Counted from the whole stretch's first letter, positions 33,474 to 47,035 are shown. The stretch: 63,513 nucleotides of DNA, filler included, from Thraustochytrium aureum (GCA_012862495.1; 5 parts of 4 records of this genome joined end to end with filler, not necessarily neighbours in it), one strand, 5' to 3'. The notes: generated by a model not told the origin, from the letters alone. A program made the numbers and translations.

Positions 33474-36083
33474 CTAGCTTTTTGCGCCAGGAATCTGCCA
33501 GCGCTTGCAGGCGAGATCGTTCATGAAGGTTTGCTCCCCCCTCTCATGGCTTGCGCAAAACAGTATGGCGCGCGTCTGGCTTTTGAACGCGTGCTTGACG
33601 TTGCTCGGGTCGTCGTCGACCAGGAGGCAATCCTGGGTGGAAATCGGGAGACTTTGTTGAGCACCACCCCTCCTAGTATTGAACGCCTTGCACACGAACT
33701 CAAGGTGGGATAGCTTGCCGTTGTGAGTGGGCGAAAAGGAGTCCAAGCATCCAGTCTGCGACCCGCAAGGCGTACAGGGGAGGGCACGAGAACAATCTGC
33801 CATCTCCTCTCCGCCAGGCGACATGGGCACCGGCCCTTGCGGAAGGGCGAATCCCCATCGCGCATCACGCACATGCCTGGACTGCCCTGCACTTGCGGTC
33901 CAGAGCCGCCGCCTCGCGGGTCGCCTGAGCCGCGTCGGCATTCGTCCGAGCCACACACGAAAAAGTTCTCCCCAATTCGGGCTAGGCGAGGGAAAATCAT
34001 TGTGACGAGGTTCTTGATGAGCTCGGTCTGCGGCGAGAACGTGACGATGGCCACCGAAATGCCACTCATCAGCAAGGCTGGAACAAGCGCCATGAACACC
34101 GGTCGAACGTGCTGCTTGAGCGTGCTGGGATTCGAAGTCCAGGTGCCTCCCGTGTGAATGTTTACGAACGTGTTGTCAAAGTCGAGAGCCACCATGCGGA
34201 TATGCGCAGTACGGCAGGCGCGCACTTGCTCCGTGACGTCCATCTCCGCCCTCGCGTTATAGAGGTCCTCCCGCGTGGGAGTCGCACAGGGCATGGCCTC
34301 AAAGTCCGGCCTGCATGTAGGGGTCATCATCGTCATCTGCGACCGCTTTCGTCGGAGCCCAGACCCATTCGAGGCGAGGGAATTGTTTTCATCTTGCTCG
34401 TCAAGACCCCACAGGTTCTCGCTGCCGGGGCCGCCTCGGACCGCGCTCACAGGCTGGTGTGGCCGTCCAGACCTCGGGCGCTGACGCGTGCGGAGCACCG
34501 ACGGGGAGTCTGACATTTGCGGTTGGTCGATGCCCGGCGAGCCGGGGCTACGGCTGCGGTGGCTCGCATCGCGACCGAATATCTGGTTTCGCTGCTCGTC
34601 GTGCGGCGGCCGATCGTCTTCGCGCAAGAGCGACTCGCCATGTGCCTGCCTCCCACTGAGCCACTCCCCACAGGCTGCCGCGGCTTGCCCCGGGCCCTGG
34701 GCGAGCGACGGAGGAAGCTGTTCGCCAAGTTGGCTAACTTGAAAAGAAGCAAACTGGCCTACGCTGGGAGGGGAGTGAAAGTTGCGCTCCTCGGACAGGA
34801 GCATGGACTCTGCCGTGCGAACGACGCCAACGTTGGTGGGCGACTGAGCCTCATCGATACGCGGCGCACCCTTTTTCCGCGGCAAGTTCGGAGGGCTGTT
34901 GGCTGCGATCGGCTTGGCAATATCCGAGTCGGCCAGGTTGGTGGCATGCAACGAAGACGCGGTTCCGGCGCCTGGGGAGCTGTGGCCAGGGAGAGAGTGC
35001 GACCTGCGGAGCACTGTGGCGCTCCGGTCCAGCGGGCTGCTGCTGGGCGTGGGCGAAAAGCTGGAGGTGTGCTCAAAGTCGAGGTCGGTCTCAACTGTGT
35101 TCGAGGACGTACTCGAGGCGGTTGACCCAAAGCTGACCCGCCCGACGGTGCGAGCGCCGTCCTCCTCGTCGAGAGTCTTGACAAAATAGGAGAACACGAA
35201 CGCCTCGTCGCTGCGGCGGAGCCGCTTGCGATCCACGTCTGCGTTCATGGACCGGTCCTCGTGACGGCTGTTCCCACCGCTGGACAGGGCGTCAAAGTCC
35301 GGCGGGCGCGATCCAATCACAGGCGACATGGAAAGCGACTTGCTCTGGAGGACGTTGGACCGCGGCAAGAGTTGCGTTTTGGCCCGGTTGAGCTTTGGCG
35401 GTTTGCCGAACGCGCCGTCGCTCCGAGTGGACAAGGACCTGGACAACTGGTTGGCCGCACCGTCGCTTCGCGACGACGAGGACCTCGTCAGCTGGCCTTC
35501 GAGGCTCTTGCGCACAGATCGTCGGTCCTGCATCGCCGACTTTCGGTTCGAGCCTCGGCGGACTAACCCAGAAGTTGTGCTTGCCCGAGGGCGCAGGGAT
35601 CCATCCGCTGAAGTGTGCACACCGCTAAACCCAAACTCAAACCCGGAATTCGCCTCTGGCGGCTGGCTCAGCTTGTACCGTTCTGCCAAGGGCGTTGGGC
35701 AGCTGCTCGTGAGCTCCAGGCGGGCGTCGTGTCCTGTACCTTGCTGCTGGACGTACCGCTGCTTGTATTCGGCCTCTTCGAGCTCCCGCTCCACGACCGA
35801 GCAGAGGTTCCTCGCGCATTCTGAGGGATAATAGGAGATCGACTTTTTCAAGTATCTGCATCAAAAACTGTGGCGTCAGCTCAGCATTCCTTTTCGGGAG
35901 CCGGCCCGAGCGATCGATCGTGTGATAGCCACAAACTTACTCGAGCGCTTTTTCCATATTATGGCCCTCGACCGAGCGGACGGCGTTTTTGTAGAGAACT
36001 TTGGCTCGCTTCTCCTTCGCAGAGCACCCTGGAGAGCTCGCGTCGTCCGAGTCGCGGCTGCCGACGCTCGACGGCGAGGCCAT
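33474..36083 (-). CDS. TPR + long Ser/Pro-rich region + C-terminal HAD-like phosphatase domain (one intron, frameshift in the HAD part)
   Basis: HAD motifs ALDFDNT, IAIVTFS-like (VAIVTFS), GKLSH, LLVDDD..NV. The spliced N-terminus gives the TPR-like AKVLYKNAVRSVEGHNMEKALEYLKKSISYYP. Confidence 0.7.
35856..35940 (-). other. Predicted 85-nt GT-AG intron
   Basis: GA|GTAAGT donor and TTTTTGATGCAG|A acceptor join ORF 35937..36143 in frame to ORF 33521..35851. Confidence 0.75.
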
Positions 36084-37920
36084 CGCATTTGGCGGTTGCC
36101 GCGCAGCCTCCAAGTACGCTGGAATAGATTGCGCTCGCTCCATCCCGTCGATGCTCTACGCTCGCACCAGAGTCCGCGTCCCTCGTCTCGCGCCCGTTTT
36201 CGGCGCGCGTGCCAACCGCGAAGCCGTCNNNNNNNNNNNNNNNNNNNNNNNNNNNNNNNNNNNNNNNNNNNNNNNNNNNNNNNNNNNNNNNNNNNNNNNN
36301 NNNNNNNNNNNNNNNNNNNNNNNNNNNNNNNNNNNNNNNNNNNNNNNNNNNNNNNNNNNNNNNNNNNNNNNNNNNNNNNNNNNNNNNNNNNNNNNNNNNN
36401 NNNNNNNNNNNNNNNNNNNNNNNNNNNNNNNNNNNNNNNNNNNNNNNNNNNNNNNNNNNNNNNNNNNNNNNNNNNNNNNNNNNNNNNNNNNNNNNNNNNN
36501 NNNNNNNNNNNNNNNNNNNNNNNNNNNNNNNNNNNNNNNNNNNNNNNNNNNNNNNNNNNNGCTGCTGCTGCTGCGTTCGGTGTCTGCCTGCTCGCAAGAT
36601 GCTGGGGCCGCAACCGCCCTTTTGGGTTAGGGTGCCTGTGTAGCTTGTCTACGGTCAACGATGCGCCCCGTTGATGGTCGAAAACCGCCGGCGTGGGTGG
36701 GTGGGTGGGCGGGTCGCAGTGTGGCGAGGCGCTCGGCACGGGGAAGGAAGGCGCGATCGGCCTGTGGCATGCAACGCGATGATGATTCTCACGCGGCACT
36801 GCTGCAGGCTCGCTTGCGTTGCCGTTGATCAAGAAGAAACTCGCATCGAGTTTGAACTTGCTCTCGTCGACCTGGACCTGGACTGTCGTCGGCCGGCCAC
36901 TGGCGATTGATTCTACGAGATGATGATCGATTTTGATCGAGTGCTCGTTTGCTCCAGCTCGCTCAAGAAGCGCGCGACCGTGAGTGGCTGGCGGTGGAGG
37001 GAATGACACCACTTACTCCAACCCCAGCCTGGTGAAGCCTGAATCAAGGAGACCTGAGTGCGAGGCAGGGTCTGTTCTGCTGCGATTGCGGCGCGAGCCA
37101 AGAGCGGTCATGCAAGAAAGTAAGAACTCTACTTACTCTAAAGAGCAAGGTCGCGCCTGCCTTCTTGGCGGCAGCGGCGCTGAACATGAGGATGCCAACC
37201 AAGTCGGGACAGTTTACCGAGGAACGGGGAAGACGCTGGCGTGAAATCGGGCAGCCAAAAGTACGGCGAGCCTGCCCCAGGGAGCATACGCAAGTTTGCA
37301 GACAGACAGCACGTGAAGTGTGCGTGCGGAGTGCATGTACTCCTGACCGAGCAAGGCCTTGCTTGGCCTGAAAGGAAAGAATGCAGGGGTGCCAAGTAGG
37401 TCAATCGCCGCTTCCGACTCGCCTGCGTCTCAACCCAGCAATCAAGTGTGCCCGGCCTGAGGCCGGCCCGCTGCACGAGACCGCGGTCGAGCAGCCGCCG
37501 CCTGGCCGATGTCCGGGACGCTCGCGAGCATGATTCGACATAGAATCATCATTCGTTCAATCAATCAAGATCGATCAATCAAGGTGAAGAAAACTCCCCA
37601 AAACAACGGAACATTTGAATTCCCCCACAGAACGACTACTAGAGAACAACGATTTGATCGTTGCTCGTCGCCGAGCGACAGGCGCAGTCCCAGGACACCA
37701 CGCGCGGGGCAGCGTCGTGGATCGATTGAACGTGTTGGTCCTGCGCCGGCATCGCGTTTGGCTGGACAAAGAGATCTGCGGCTTCGCGTTGGTTTTAGTC
37801 CTGTTGGCCTGGCGCAGAATGGGCTTGCGCCTGTTGCCACGACGACTCGCCTCGGCCACCTCGCTGCCGACTCGGGCCGTGGCTGCGGCGAGACGGACGA
37901 GGTGCCGCACGCGCAGCTCG

Positions 37921-39684
37921 ATGGCGGAGACGAGCTCGATTGCGCTGGCCGTGGCCAACCCGCAAGCGCTCCTGAACGCCATCGCGTCGAATTACAAGTC
38001 GACGGCGAGGGTGCTGATGGAATATGTGGATAATGCGATTGATGCCGCCGAGGTTGCTCGCAGCGAGAGCAGCGAGGCAGGGCGTTCGACGCGCATCGCC
38101 GTGGACATAGACCTCGCGGAGAAGAACGTCTGGGTCCGCGACAACAACTTTGGCATGAGCCCCGCAGAGCTTGCACGGATCGTGCATGGCGTCGGCGACT
38201 CGCGCAAGCGCGAAGTGGCCTGGTTGAACGGCCAATTCGGGTTTGGCGTCCACGCATTTCGCGCCGCGTGCGAGGGGCTCAAAATCTACTCGGCAGTGCC
38301 GGCTCCTCGCGGCAAGCCCCCAATGGTGGCCGTGCTTTCGATGAACCGCAGTGCGAGCAACGTGCCACTCCCCTCGATTCATCGGCTCGAAGACCTCGCT
38401 AGCGAGGACGCCGACGTCATGTCGGCCATGGAGCGCGGAGTCTTCAATTCCACGGACGCCTCCCTATTCCCGCGCTCTGAGGGCGCGGTTGCCGGGGCTG
38501 GCCTGCATGGAACAGTCGTTGTGATGAAGGACATCCAGCCTGTCTGGTTTGACACGGTCAGGGCGCAGTCGGTGGCGCGCGAGATAGAGTTGCACTTTGA
38601 GGGCCTCCTCTCCGAGGGCAAGACCCGCGTCACGGTGAGCCAGAGCGGAGGCAAGCGCCGTCGAGACATCGAGTGCGGCCTGCTCGACTACCAGAGCCTA
38701 GCAGGAAACGGCGGCTCGCACTTTTCCCGCGTCATACCCGTCCAGCTAGAGGGCGGCGAGAAAGCCGAGCTCAAGTGCGAGATCGTCGTCTCGCCCACTG
38801 CAATCCAGGGCAAGGCGGCCCGTTTCTTTCGTCCGCGGACGGTGCATCAGCACAGTGAGTGAAACGCGCTCCTTCATAGAGCACTCCGAGTTTGGCGCTC
38901 AGCTCTGGGAGCACCCCGGCGTATGTGGGTTCATCGAAGTGAACAACGCCTTGGAGCCTGTTCTCACGCGTGACGAGTTCAAGCGCACAGCGAGTCGTCG
39001 GTTGGTCTATGAAGCTCTCCGGCCGCTCGAGGCAGAGCTAAAGGCCGCGCTCGACCAGGCCATGGATGGCGTCGTGGACAACTCGATGGCAGAGCTCGAA
39101 GATATCCTCTCCGACTCGCTTGACGCTCTCATCAAAATGGACGAGATGGAGAATAGCGAGGAAGACGAGGTCGAGGAGAAGGACGAGAAACCCGACGACG
39201 GGCCCATTGCCGAGGAGGCGGAGCCCAATCAAGTTGTACACGACGAAGTGGTGTACAAGCCCGTCTTACAGCAGACGAAAGAGGCTCGCCAGAGGCGTAA
39301 AAGAAACGACCGAATGGCGCATTCAGTATTCGCTTTGTCAGGTCACCAGAGGGAGCTGGTGCCCCGAAGCGCTCTTTCGCCGTGGATGGCGTGGTCTATA
39401 TCAACGTTGACCACGAGCACTTCAAATTGCGCGTTGCCTTGGACCGCCAAAACCGCGTCAAGATGGGCGACCGGATGGCCTCCTACCTGGCAAACGAGCT
39501 GGCGCTGTACTACCGAAACTCGTACTACGAGCGCTTTCACAAGCCCTCGCCTGAAGATCGCCAGCACCTCTTCGAGGACCTCTTGGACAGCGCAACGGCG
39601 CTTGAGGCGAGCCTGAACCACAAGCTTTCCCGTGTCAAGAACCTGCCGCCCGATGCGTTCGGGGACCGAACACGAGAGCCTTAG
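37921..39684 (+). CDS. GHKL (HATPase_c/MORC-like) ATPase; frameshifts near 38830 and 39340
   Basis: LMEYVDNAIDA (N box), VRDNNFGMS (G1), GQFGFG (G2), GTVV (G3); downstream GFIEV..LEPVLTRDEF and GVVYINVDHEHF. Confidence 0.8.
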
Positions 39685-40148
39685 CAAGGGTTGTTGGTGC
39701 ACTTCTCCGGGCATCAATCGAAGGCAGGGCATGCACAGCTTTTGTTGGACCAAGCCGAACCTCCATGAGGCGCGCGCGCGCATACAAGTGCGACACTTCT
39801 GTGCCTCGAGTTTGGCAAGAGCTTTCAGGCCAACTCTGTGNNNNNNNNNNNNNNNNNNNNNNNNNNNNNNNNNNNNNNNNNNNNNNNNNNNNNNNNNNNN
39901 NNNNNNNNNNNNNNNNNNNNNNNNNNNNNNNNNNNNNNNNNNNNNNNNNNNNNNNNNNNNNNNNNNNNNNNNNNNNNNNNNNNNNNNNNNNNNNNNNNNN
40001 NNNNNNNNNNNNNNNNNNNNNNNNNNNNNNNNNNNNNNNNNNNNNNNNNNNNNNNNNNNNNNNNNNNNNNNNNNNNNNNNNNNNNNNNNNNNNNNNNNNN
40101 NNNNNNNNNNNNNNNNNNNNNNNNNNNNNNNNNNNNNNNNNNNNNNNN

Positions 40149-40248
40149 GCAAGCAACTGGGTGCAAGCAACTGGGTGCAAGCAACTGGGTGCAAGCAACT
40201 GGGTGCAAGCAACTGGGTGCAAGCAACTGGGTGCAAGCAACTGGGTGC
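40149..40248 (+). repeat. 14-mer tandem repeat GCAAGCAACTGGGT (about 7 visible copies) inside an intron of the acyl-CoA dehydrogenase gene
   Basis: Directly visible; on the minus strand it follows the donor TTG|GTAAGT at 40255. Confidence 0.9.
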
Positions 40249-40255
40249 GACTTAC

Positions 40256-41410
40256 CAAGCGCTCCACGACTGCGCCTTTCCCCTCAAGCTGAATGATCGA
40301 GGAGCCCCCGAGAAGCTGCGAGGCCTCGCGCGCGCAAAACTCAAACGCGCGGCTCGCGCGCACTTTGAGCATCGAGCACTCATTCCCGAGTTTGTTGTCC
40401 TCCACGCCGCACTTGAACTGATACGCGACGCGGTCGATGTGGTCCTGGCAAGCCTCAATCTCGCGCACCATCTCTGCGAGCTTTGCCTGGATCACCTGGT
40501 GCTGGATCAGCATCTTGCCGAACACCTTGCGGGTGGCCACAAAGCTGAGCGCCTCGCGAAAGCAGGTCCGCGCGGCCCGGCAAGCAGAGATCGCGATCAC
40601 AAGCCGCTCGTGGTTCAAGTTGGTCACGATTTGCATGAACGCCGAGCCTTCCTCCCCGATGAGGTTGCTCGCGGGCACCTTGACGTCTTCAAATGTGATA
40701 AAGGTTGTCGAGTGCGAGGTGTCGAACTGGGTCTTCATCTTGCGTACTTTAACGCCAGGCGCCTTCGTTTCGATGAGGAGCATGCTCAGCCCGAAGACGC
40801 CGGCTTCCGGGTCCGTCTTGACGAGCGTCGTCAAGTAGTCGGCCTGCGCGCCGCCAGTGATCCACTTTTTCGAGCCGTTCACAATGTAAAAGTCGCCTTC
40901 GCGCACGGCAGTGGTCTGCAGCTCCATAATGTCAGAGCCAGCCGTGGGCTCCGAAATAGCCAGCGAAATGTTCTTCTTGCCCCGAACAATGTCGGGCACG
41001 ACGCGCTGCTTCAGCTCGTCGGACCCAGCGTTCAGGATTGGCGGCAGGGCCATGCTATTCACCGAGAGCTGAGCAAACACCATGCCACCGCCGCAGCGCG
41101 CCAGCTCGTCCCAGAGAATCACTTCGTGAAACGTGTCAAACCCGGGCGGCGGGGTCCCTCCGAATTCGACCGGGAAAATGGCGCCTTGGATCCCGAGCTC
41201 GTAGGCGCGCTCGTGAATGGACATGGGATACCCGTCGGGGCTCGCGATCCACTCGTCGGCGTGAGGCCGGAGCTCGTCGTCCACGAACTTGCGGACCTTG
41301 GCACGCCACGCGCGATGGCTTTCGCCATAGTACGGCGAGTGCCCGCCCTGGTACCAATGCGGCTCGCAGTACGGCAGCAGCTCGCCGAAGCTATCGCGCG
41401 AAGAGTCCAT
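40256..41410 (-). CDS. Acyl-CoA dehydrogenase (first exon; the last exon is probably in the gap)
   Basis: LAISEPTAGSD, YIVNGSKKWITGG, FEDVKVP..NLIGEEG..F, NHERL, RKVFGK.L...QVIQ, QLLGG. Confidence 0.93.
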
Positions 41411-42425
41411 TTCAACCCGGCGAAGCCGCTCTTTCCCAGCCTGCTTTGCAGGGCTTCCGTCGCGTGTGGGCCTGCTGAGCCGAGCGCGAGCCAGGCAATA
41501 CAATGCGTCTCTCGCACGCAGCAAACGCCCGCAACCGTCGTGGCGCACGACTCGGGTTTTGTTGCGCGGCGCGTTGCCGGTCTGCGCAGAATTCCAATGC
41601 GCAGAGACCCACTTGCTGGCGGGCTTTGTAGCTTCGGTCTGCTCTTGCGCTCTAGGCGTCGCGGTCTGGAGCGATTGCCGAGGTCCGTGAGCCTCTGCAT
41701 GCGACGTTGTTGGTGGTGGTGACGGTGGTGGAAAGAATGTTGGAAACGCTTTGCGTCGTCGCGAGGTCATAGATAGGACAAAACGGGATCGGAATCGACC
41801 GATCAGCGAAGTGTTCTGTCCCTTGCAACCATCTGTCAACNNNNNNNNNNNNNNNNNNNNNNNNNNNNNNNNNNNNNNNNNNNNNNNNNNNNNNNNNNNN
41901 NNNNNNNNNNNNNNNNNNNNNNNNNNNNNNNNNNNNNNNNNNNNNNNNNNNNNNNNNNNNNNNNNNNNNNNNNNNNNNNNNNNNNNNNNNNNNNNNNNNN
42001 NNNNNNNNNNNNNNNNNNNNNNNNNNNNNNNNNNNNNNNNNNNNNNNNNNNNNNNNNNNNNNNNNNNNNNNNNNNNNNNNNNNNNNNNNNNNNNNNNNNN
42101 NNNNNNNNNNNNNNNNNNNNNNNNNNNNNNNNNNNNNNNNNNNNNNNNNNNNNNNNNNNNNNNNNNNNNNNNNNNNNNNNNNNNNNNNNNNNNNNNNNNN
42201 NNNNNNNNNNNNNNNNNNNNNNNNNNNNNNNNNNNNNNNNNNNNNNNNNNNNNNNNNNNNNNNNNNNNNNNNNNNNNNNNNNNNNNNNNNNNNNNNNNNN
42301 NNNNNNNNNNNNNNNNNNNNNNNNNNNNNNNNNNNNNNNNNNNNNNNNNNNNNNNNNNNNNNNNNNNNNNNNNNNNNNNNNNNNNNNNNNNNNNNNNNNN
42401 NNNNNNNNNNNNNNNNNNNNNNNNN

Positions 42426-44703
42426 CTGATATAGCTTTTGCGGGACAGGGCGAACGAGTGCTTGCTGATTCTTCACAGTGCTGCTCGAGACACTTTGGCT
42501 ATGGTTTGACGAGGCTGAATCGAGGGCATGCTGGATCGAGGCGTGCTCCTGCACGATCTCGGGTTGGCCCCAATTGCCTCGCGCGGCTTGCGTGGACGCG
42601 CCCGGCAGCGTCTCAATCATAGCTTGAACATTTTGGCGAAAGCCGTCTGGCAGGCTGGCCAAGAGCGCGACGAGGTCGGCTGCTTCTGCTGTCTCGTGCT
42701 TGCGCTCCTTTTCCAGCCGTGCCCGCAACCTGTGCAGCCGATCGGCAAAGAAAGCTTCTCGCCGATGTGGCTGGCATGTTGTATCGAGGGCTTGCGGATC
42801 TGGCTGGTCCTGCGATTCACGGAGCTTGTCGAGCTCGCGCAACTTGCGCTGCCGCTCTGCCCAAGCTTCTGCAGAAAGCTTGACGCGCTCACGCGATTCC
42901 CGAACCGCTTGCGCGTCTTTCTCGCTTGGCTTCTTAGATGGCATGCTTGAACCGGCGTTCGCAGTCGCCTCGGGGTCGCCGTCGTCGCTCTGGGCGAGTT
43001 CGGGCCCCACCCAAGACGCCCGGGGTTGATCTCGCGTTCCCCACCGCTGCCCCCATGCGTCGGAACCTTCCGTGAGAGTCGAGACGAGCAAAGCTGCGTG
43101 CTGCCTGGGCTGCGGCCCGCTGTTGCTAGTTGCGTTCACAGCGCTCGCGCGAGTCGACCGCAGCTTTGGCGAGCGTTTCGGCGAGACAGGCATCCGCTCC
43201 TTGAGCGCCGAGTTGGCAATCGCATTGAGCTCCTTTTCGAACGCTGCTGCATCAAAGTCGTCAGAGCGGGCGCCGGCCCGGGAAACCAAGAGGCCGTCTG
43301 GCCTCTGGTCGCTCGAGTGCCATGTTCGATCAAGGCTGTCGTCAAATACGCTTCGCATAGCGGCTGAGTCTTCAAACGACTTGTCAAGCAAAGCCACGCG
43401 CTTGCGCGAGCTCTTCGTCGGCGTCGAATCCAGCTTGGCTGCTATCGCCTGCTCGCGGGCCGTCGGTGGGCGCAAGAGCCGCTCTCTCGCAATCTCTTCG
43501 CGCTTCGCGTCTGCAACGCGCTCGCGCTCGCGCGTCTCGGCCACAGCCGTGGGTTTGACGAGCCGGCTTGTTTTCTGTATGGGCTTTGGCACTACGGGCT
43601 TCGCCGCGAGCTTGCGCAGCTCCTCGAGGCGCTCGCTCTGCGCAGCTTCGTATGCCTCCGTCTCTCGAACTAAGCGACTGTTTGACTCAAGCATGCGCGG
43701 CGGGGGAGGCGGAGGGGGGCGGGCATTTCGCTGCTTGGACTGCAGCTGCCTTGCGCCGGTGGCTCTCGGTAGGCTTTGATAGCGAGGCCGATGGCGGCGC
43801 GCTTGCTGGAGGGACGGTCTTGGTCGCTGCTTGCGATGCGGCCCTGCGCTCTTTGCTGGGGACAGCTTGCAATACCTTGCCTCGTCTCTGACCTGCGAGG
43901 GTGGCCTGCTCGCGCGCTGAGGAGGCGGTGGTGCCGCGCAAATAGCCTCTGCTGTCAACTCGCTCTGGCTGCTTTGGCAAAAGCGAGGTCGCGTCCTCGC
44001 GTAGAGAGGTCTGCACAAGCCTGCTCATCCTGGCGCTTGTGGAGGCGAGCTCTTCCCTGAACTCTGTGATGGACTCGCTACAAGCCTTAGCTAGGCCCTC
44101 CACTCGGTCTTTGGCGCTCGAGCTGGCGCTGGCCGCCCCCTCGACGTCGAGCATTGAGTCTTCAAAGCCCGCATCGGGAGAGTCATCGGCGCGCTCCTGT
44201 CCGTTTGCTAGTGGAACGTGAAAGTCGTCTTTGGTCTTGGCTGTGGCCTCTCTCGCGAGCCAGTCGCCTGTCGTGCGGCCCACCTTTTCCGAGTGCCTTC
44301 TGCCCCGCTTTGCTTCGCTGGGACTTTTACTGGCCGGCAGGGGAGGTTGATGCGCAAGCGCAAACATGGCTGCGCCGTCCTCCGCTTCCAGCGAGTCCCT
44401 CCCGCGGCTCTCCTTCGTCTGCGCTTTCGCTAAGCGCAGGGCGGACGGCTCTTGTTCGCCGACCGCCTTGGCGGGCTCCGCATCGGCAACGACCTTGACA
44501 GGCTCCGCGTACAGTGACGAGCCGGTCGCCTCGAGCCCGTGCAGCAAATCAGACCCGTACAAGCCAAACCCGCCAAACATCCAGCCATGGCCTCCATGGC
44601 CTTCCTCCTCTTCGGCGTCCTCCACGACAACGTCCCTCGCATGCACGATCCTCTCGATGCTCGGCCTTCGCGCGCAGTTTGGTTCGCTGTATCGTCGCGC
44701 CAT
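42426..44703 (-). CDS. Hypothetical low-complexity/coiled-coil protein (frameshift near 43750, 3' end in gap)
   Basis: Overlapping long ORFs 43687..44703 and 41652..44018 with charged coiled-coil composition; no family recognised. Confidence 0.55.
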
Positions 44704-45453
44704 GGCGTCAATCTATCGCGCCAAAAGACGCACTTGGCCAGGCCACGCGGCGCGGGCGCGCAGGAGATCCACGCCAGCAATCCCGGCAAGGACGTACGTG
44801 CAAAGCGCGACGCTGCCTGGCTGCCTGGACGCACCAACTGCGCCGCAGACTCCGATGCGGTACGGGTTTTTGGAGCTCGAAGAGGTCGCCTGGCGATTTT
44901 GCCGACGGCTTTTTGTAACCGTTGAACAACGAGCAACTTGAGGTCGCCGATGTGGACGGGCGCCTGCCTGCCTGCTTGCCTGCATGTAGGCATCCATGCA
45001 TGCATGCGGTTGTTGTTGCGCGTGCGGTTGTTTGTGCGGCAGGTCTGTCTACATGGGCTGCAGATGCGTTGCTGGTCGGTGGGCGACGACNNNNNNNNNN
45101 NNNNNNNNNNNNNNNNNNNNNNNNNNNNNNNNNNNNNNNNNNNNNNNNNNNNNNNNNNNNNNNNNNNNNNNNNNNNNNNNNNNNNNNNNNNNNNNNNNNN
45201 NNNNNNNNNNNNNNNNNNNNNNNNNNNNNNNNNNNNNNNNNNNNNNNNNNNNNNNNNNNNNNNNNNNNNNNNNNNNNNNNNNNNNNNNNNNNNNNNNNNN
45301 NNNNNNNNNNNNNNNNGAACAGGACAGCTCGTGCTTCTGGACGCGAGCAAGGAACAAGGGAGCGGAAACCGAAGCAGCAAGCACTTCTGTCGAGCTCGAC
45401 CGACCGGCGCATCGCTCTGTAGCAAAACTCGTGGGGGTTGAAGGCGTTGAGGA

Positions 45454-47035
45454 CTAGAGGCTAGCGAGGGTGCGAACGACGCGGCGGCGAAAGCTAGTGT
45501 ATGCCGGGAATCGAGCATCCTGGAAGGCGCGCATCGGCGCCATCTGGTCCGCCCAGGCGCTCTTCTGCAAGACGGCCTTCTCGTGCGAAAACGTCTTGAA
45601 GGAATACTCGCGATGGTAGTTGCCTTGCCCAGAGTTGCCGACACCGCCGAACGGCAGGTTGCCGTTGATCACGTGCATGGAGGCGTCGTTGATGCAGAGC
45701 CCTCCTGAAGTTGTGCGGAACTTTAGAGCCTTGATGAAGACCGGGTCGCTCGAGAAGCCATACGCGCCAAGCGGCTTGCCAGTCGGGAGGCCCCGGACGT
45801 GGTCAATCGCGTCGGTCAACTTGGAGTAGCGCACCATGGGCAGAAGCGGTCCGAAGAGCTCGTCCTCCATCGCGCGCGAGGTGCGAAACGCCTCCCAGTC
45901 GGACCCGAAATCAAAAAACTGTTGGCGCGATATATTTGTCCGCCTCATCGTGGTCGCCGCCGTGCACGATATACTGGCGGTCCGCCTCTACAATGTCGGC
46001 GAGGCGCGCGTATGCGCCCTCGTTGATGAGGCGGCCGTAGAACTCTGAATTCTGCGGGTCGATTCCGTACATCTTGACGATCTGCTTCTTGAGCTCGGCA
46101 ACGAATTTGTCGGCGACCGCCTCGTGCACCAGCAGGTGGTCGGCGCGGATACAGAGCTGGCCGCTGTTGTTGAAGGCAGAAAAGGAGATGCGCTTGGCCG
46201 CAAGTTGAATATCCGCCGTCTTGTCAATGATGCAGGGCGACTTGCCGCCGAGCTCGAGGACGACCGGGGTGAGGTGCTCGGCGGCGGCCCGGGCCACGAT
46301 GCGGCCCACGTACGTGCTCCCGGTGTAGAAGATCTTGTCGAAGCGCTCGCGCAGCAGTGCGGTGCTCAGCTCGCGGCCGCCTTCGACGACCTTGATGCAG
46401 TCGTTGTCCAGGTACTTTGGCAAGAGGCGGGCCAAGACGTGGCTGGTTTCGTGCGCGAGCGAGCCGGGCTTTACGAGCACGCAGTTGCCCGAGGCAATGG
46501 CGCCAACAACGGGCACCAGCGTGAGCTGGACCGGGTAGTTCCAGGTCCCCATGACGAAGACGACACCGAGGCTTTCGTAAATGGTCTGGCTCTTGGCAGG
46601 CCAGACCAGCCAGGCGGTTCCCTTCTTTCGCGGCTTCATCAGCTTGTCGAGGTTTTTCAAAAAGTAGTTGACCTCGTCCATGATGAGGGAAAACTCGGTC
46701 ACGAAGCTGTCGAACTTGCTCTTGTGCAAGTCGGCCATAAGAGCGGCTTCCCAGGCTTCGCGCTGCTCGAGCATCATGCGCTTGAATGCCTTGAGCTGCT
46801 TGATCCGCCAGGCCTTGGAGCGCGGCTTGTCAGCATTGTACGCCGCTCGAAGCTCGCGCACAATCCCAGCGGCCTCGCTGGGGTCCACTTCGACGTTGGG
46901 GATCACGCTAAAGCGGCGGTTTTTGTACCTGTCGGCGAGCTTGACTGTGGCCTCCGTTGTCGAGCCGACGGATTCCTGCTCTTCGCTCTGCGGCGAGGGC
47001 TGTGCCAGCGCGGTTTTGCTGGCGTCCTGGTCCAT
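45454..47035 (-). CDS. Aldehyde dehydrogenase, ALDH3 (fatty aldehyde) family; frameshift near 45915
   Basis: GTWNYP, FYTGS..VG, LELGGKSP, NSGQLCIR (catalytic Cys), ELFGPLLP, LPFGGVGNSG.G.YH. Confidence 0.95.

Noticed and set aside
40149..40248. 14-mer array as a CRISPR array or as a coding repeat of acyl-CoA dehydrogenase
   Set aside because: No spacers, eukaryotic context, and it starts just after a GTAAGT donor, so it is an intronic minisatellite.
39632..41722. Long antisense ORFs (for example 39632..41722+, 50755..52113-, 16380..17930+) as overlapping genes
   Set aside because: Shadow ORFs expected opposite GC-rich coding sequence, some inflated by N runs.
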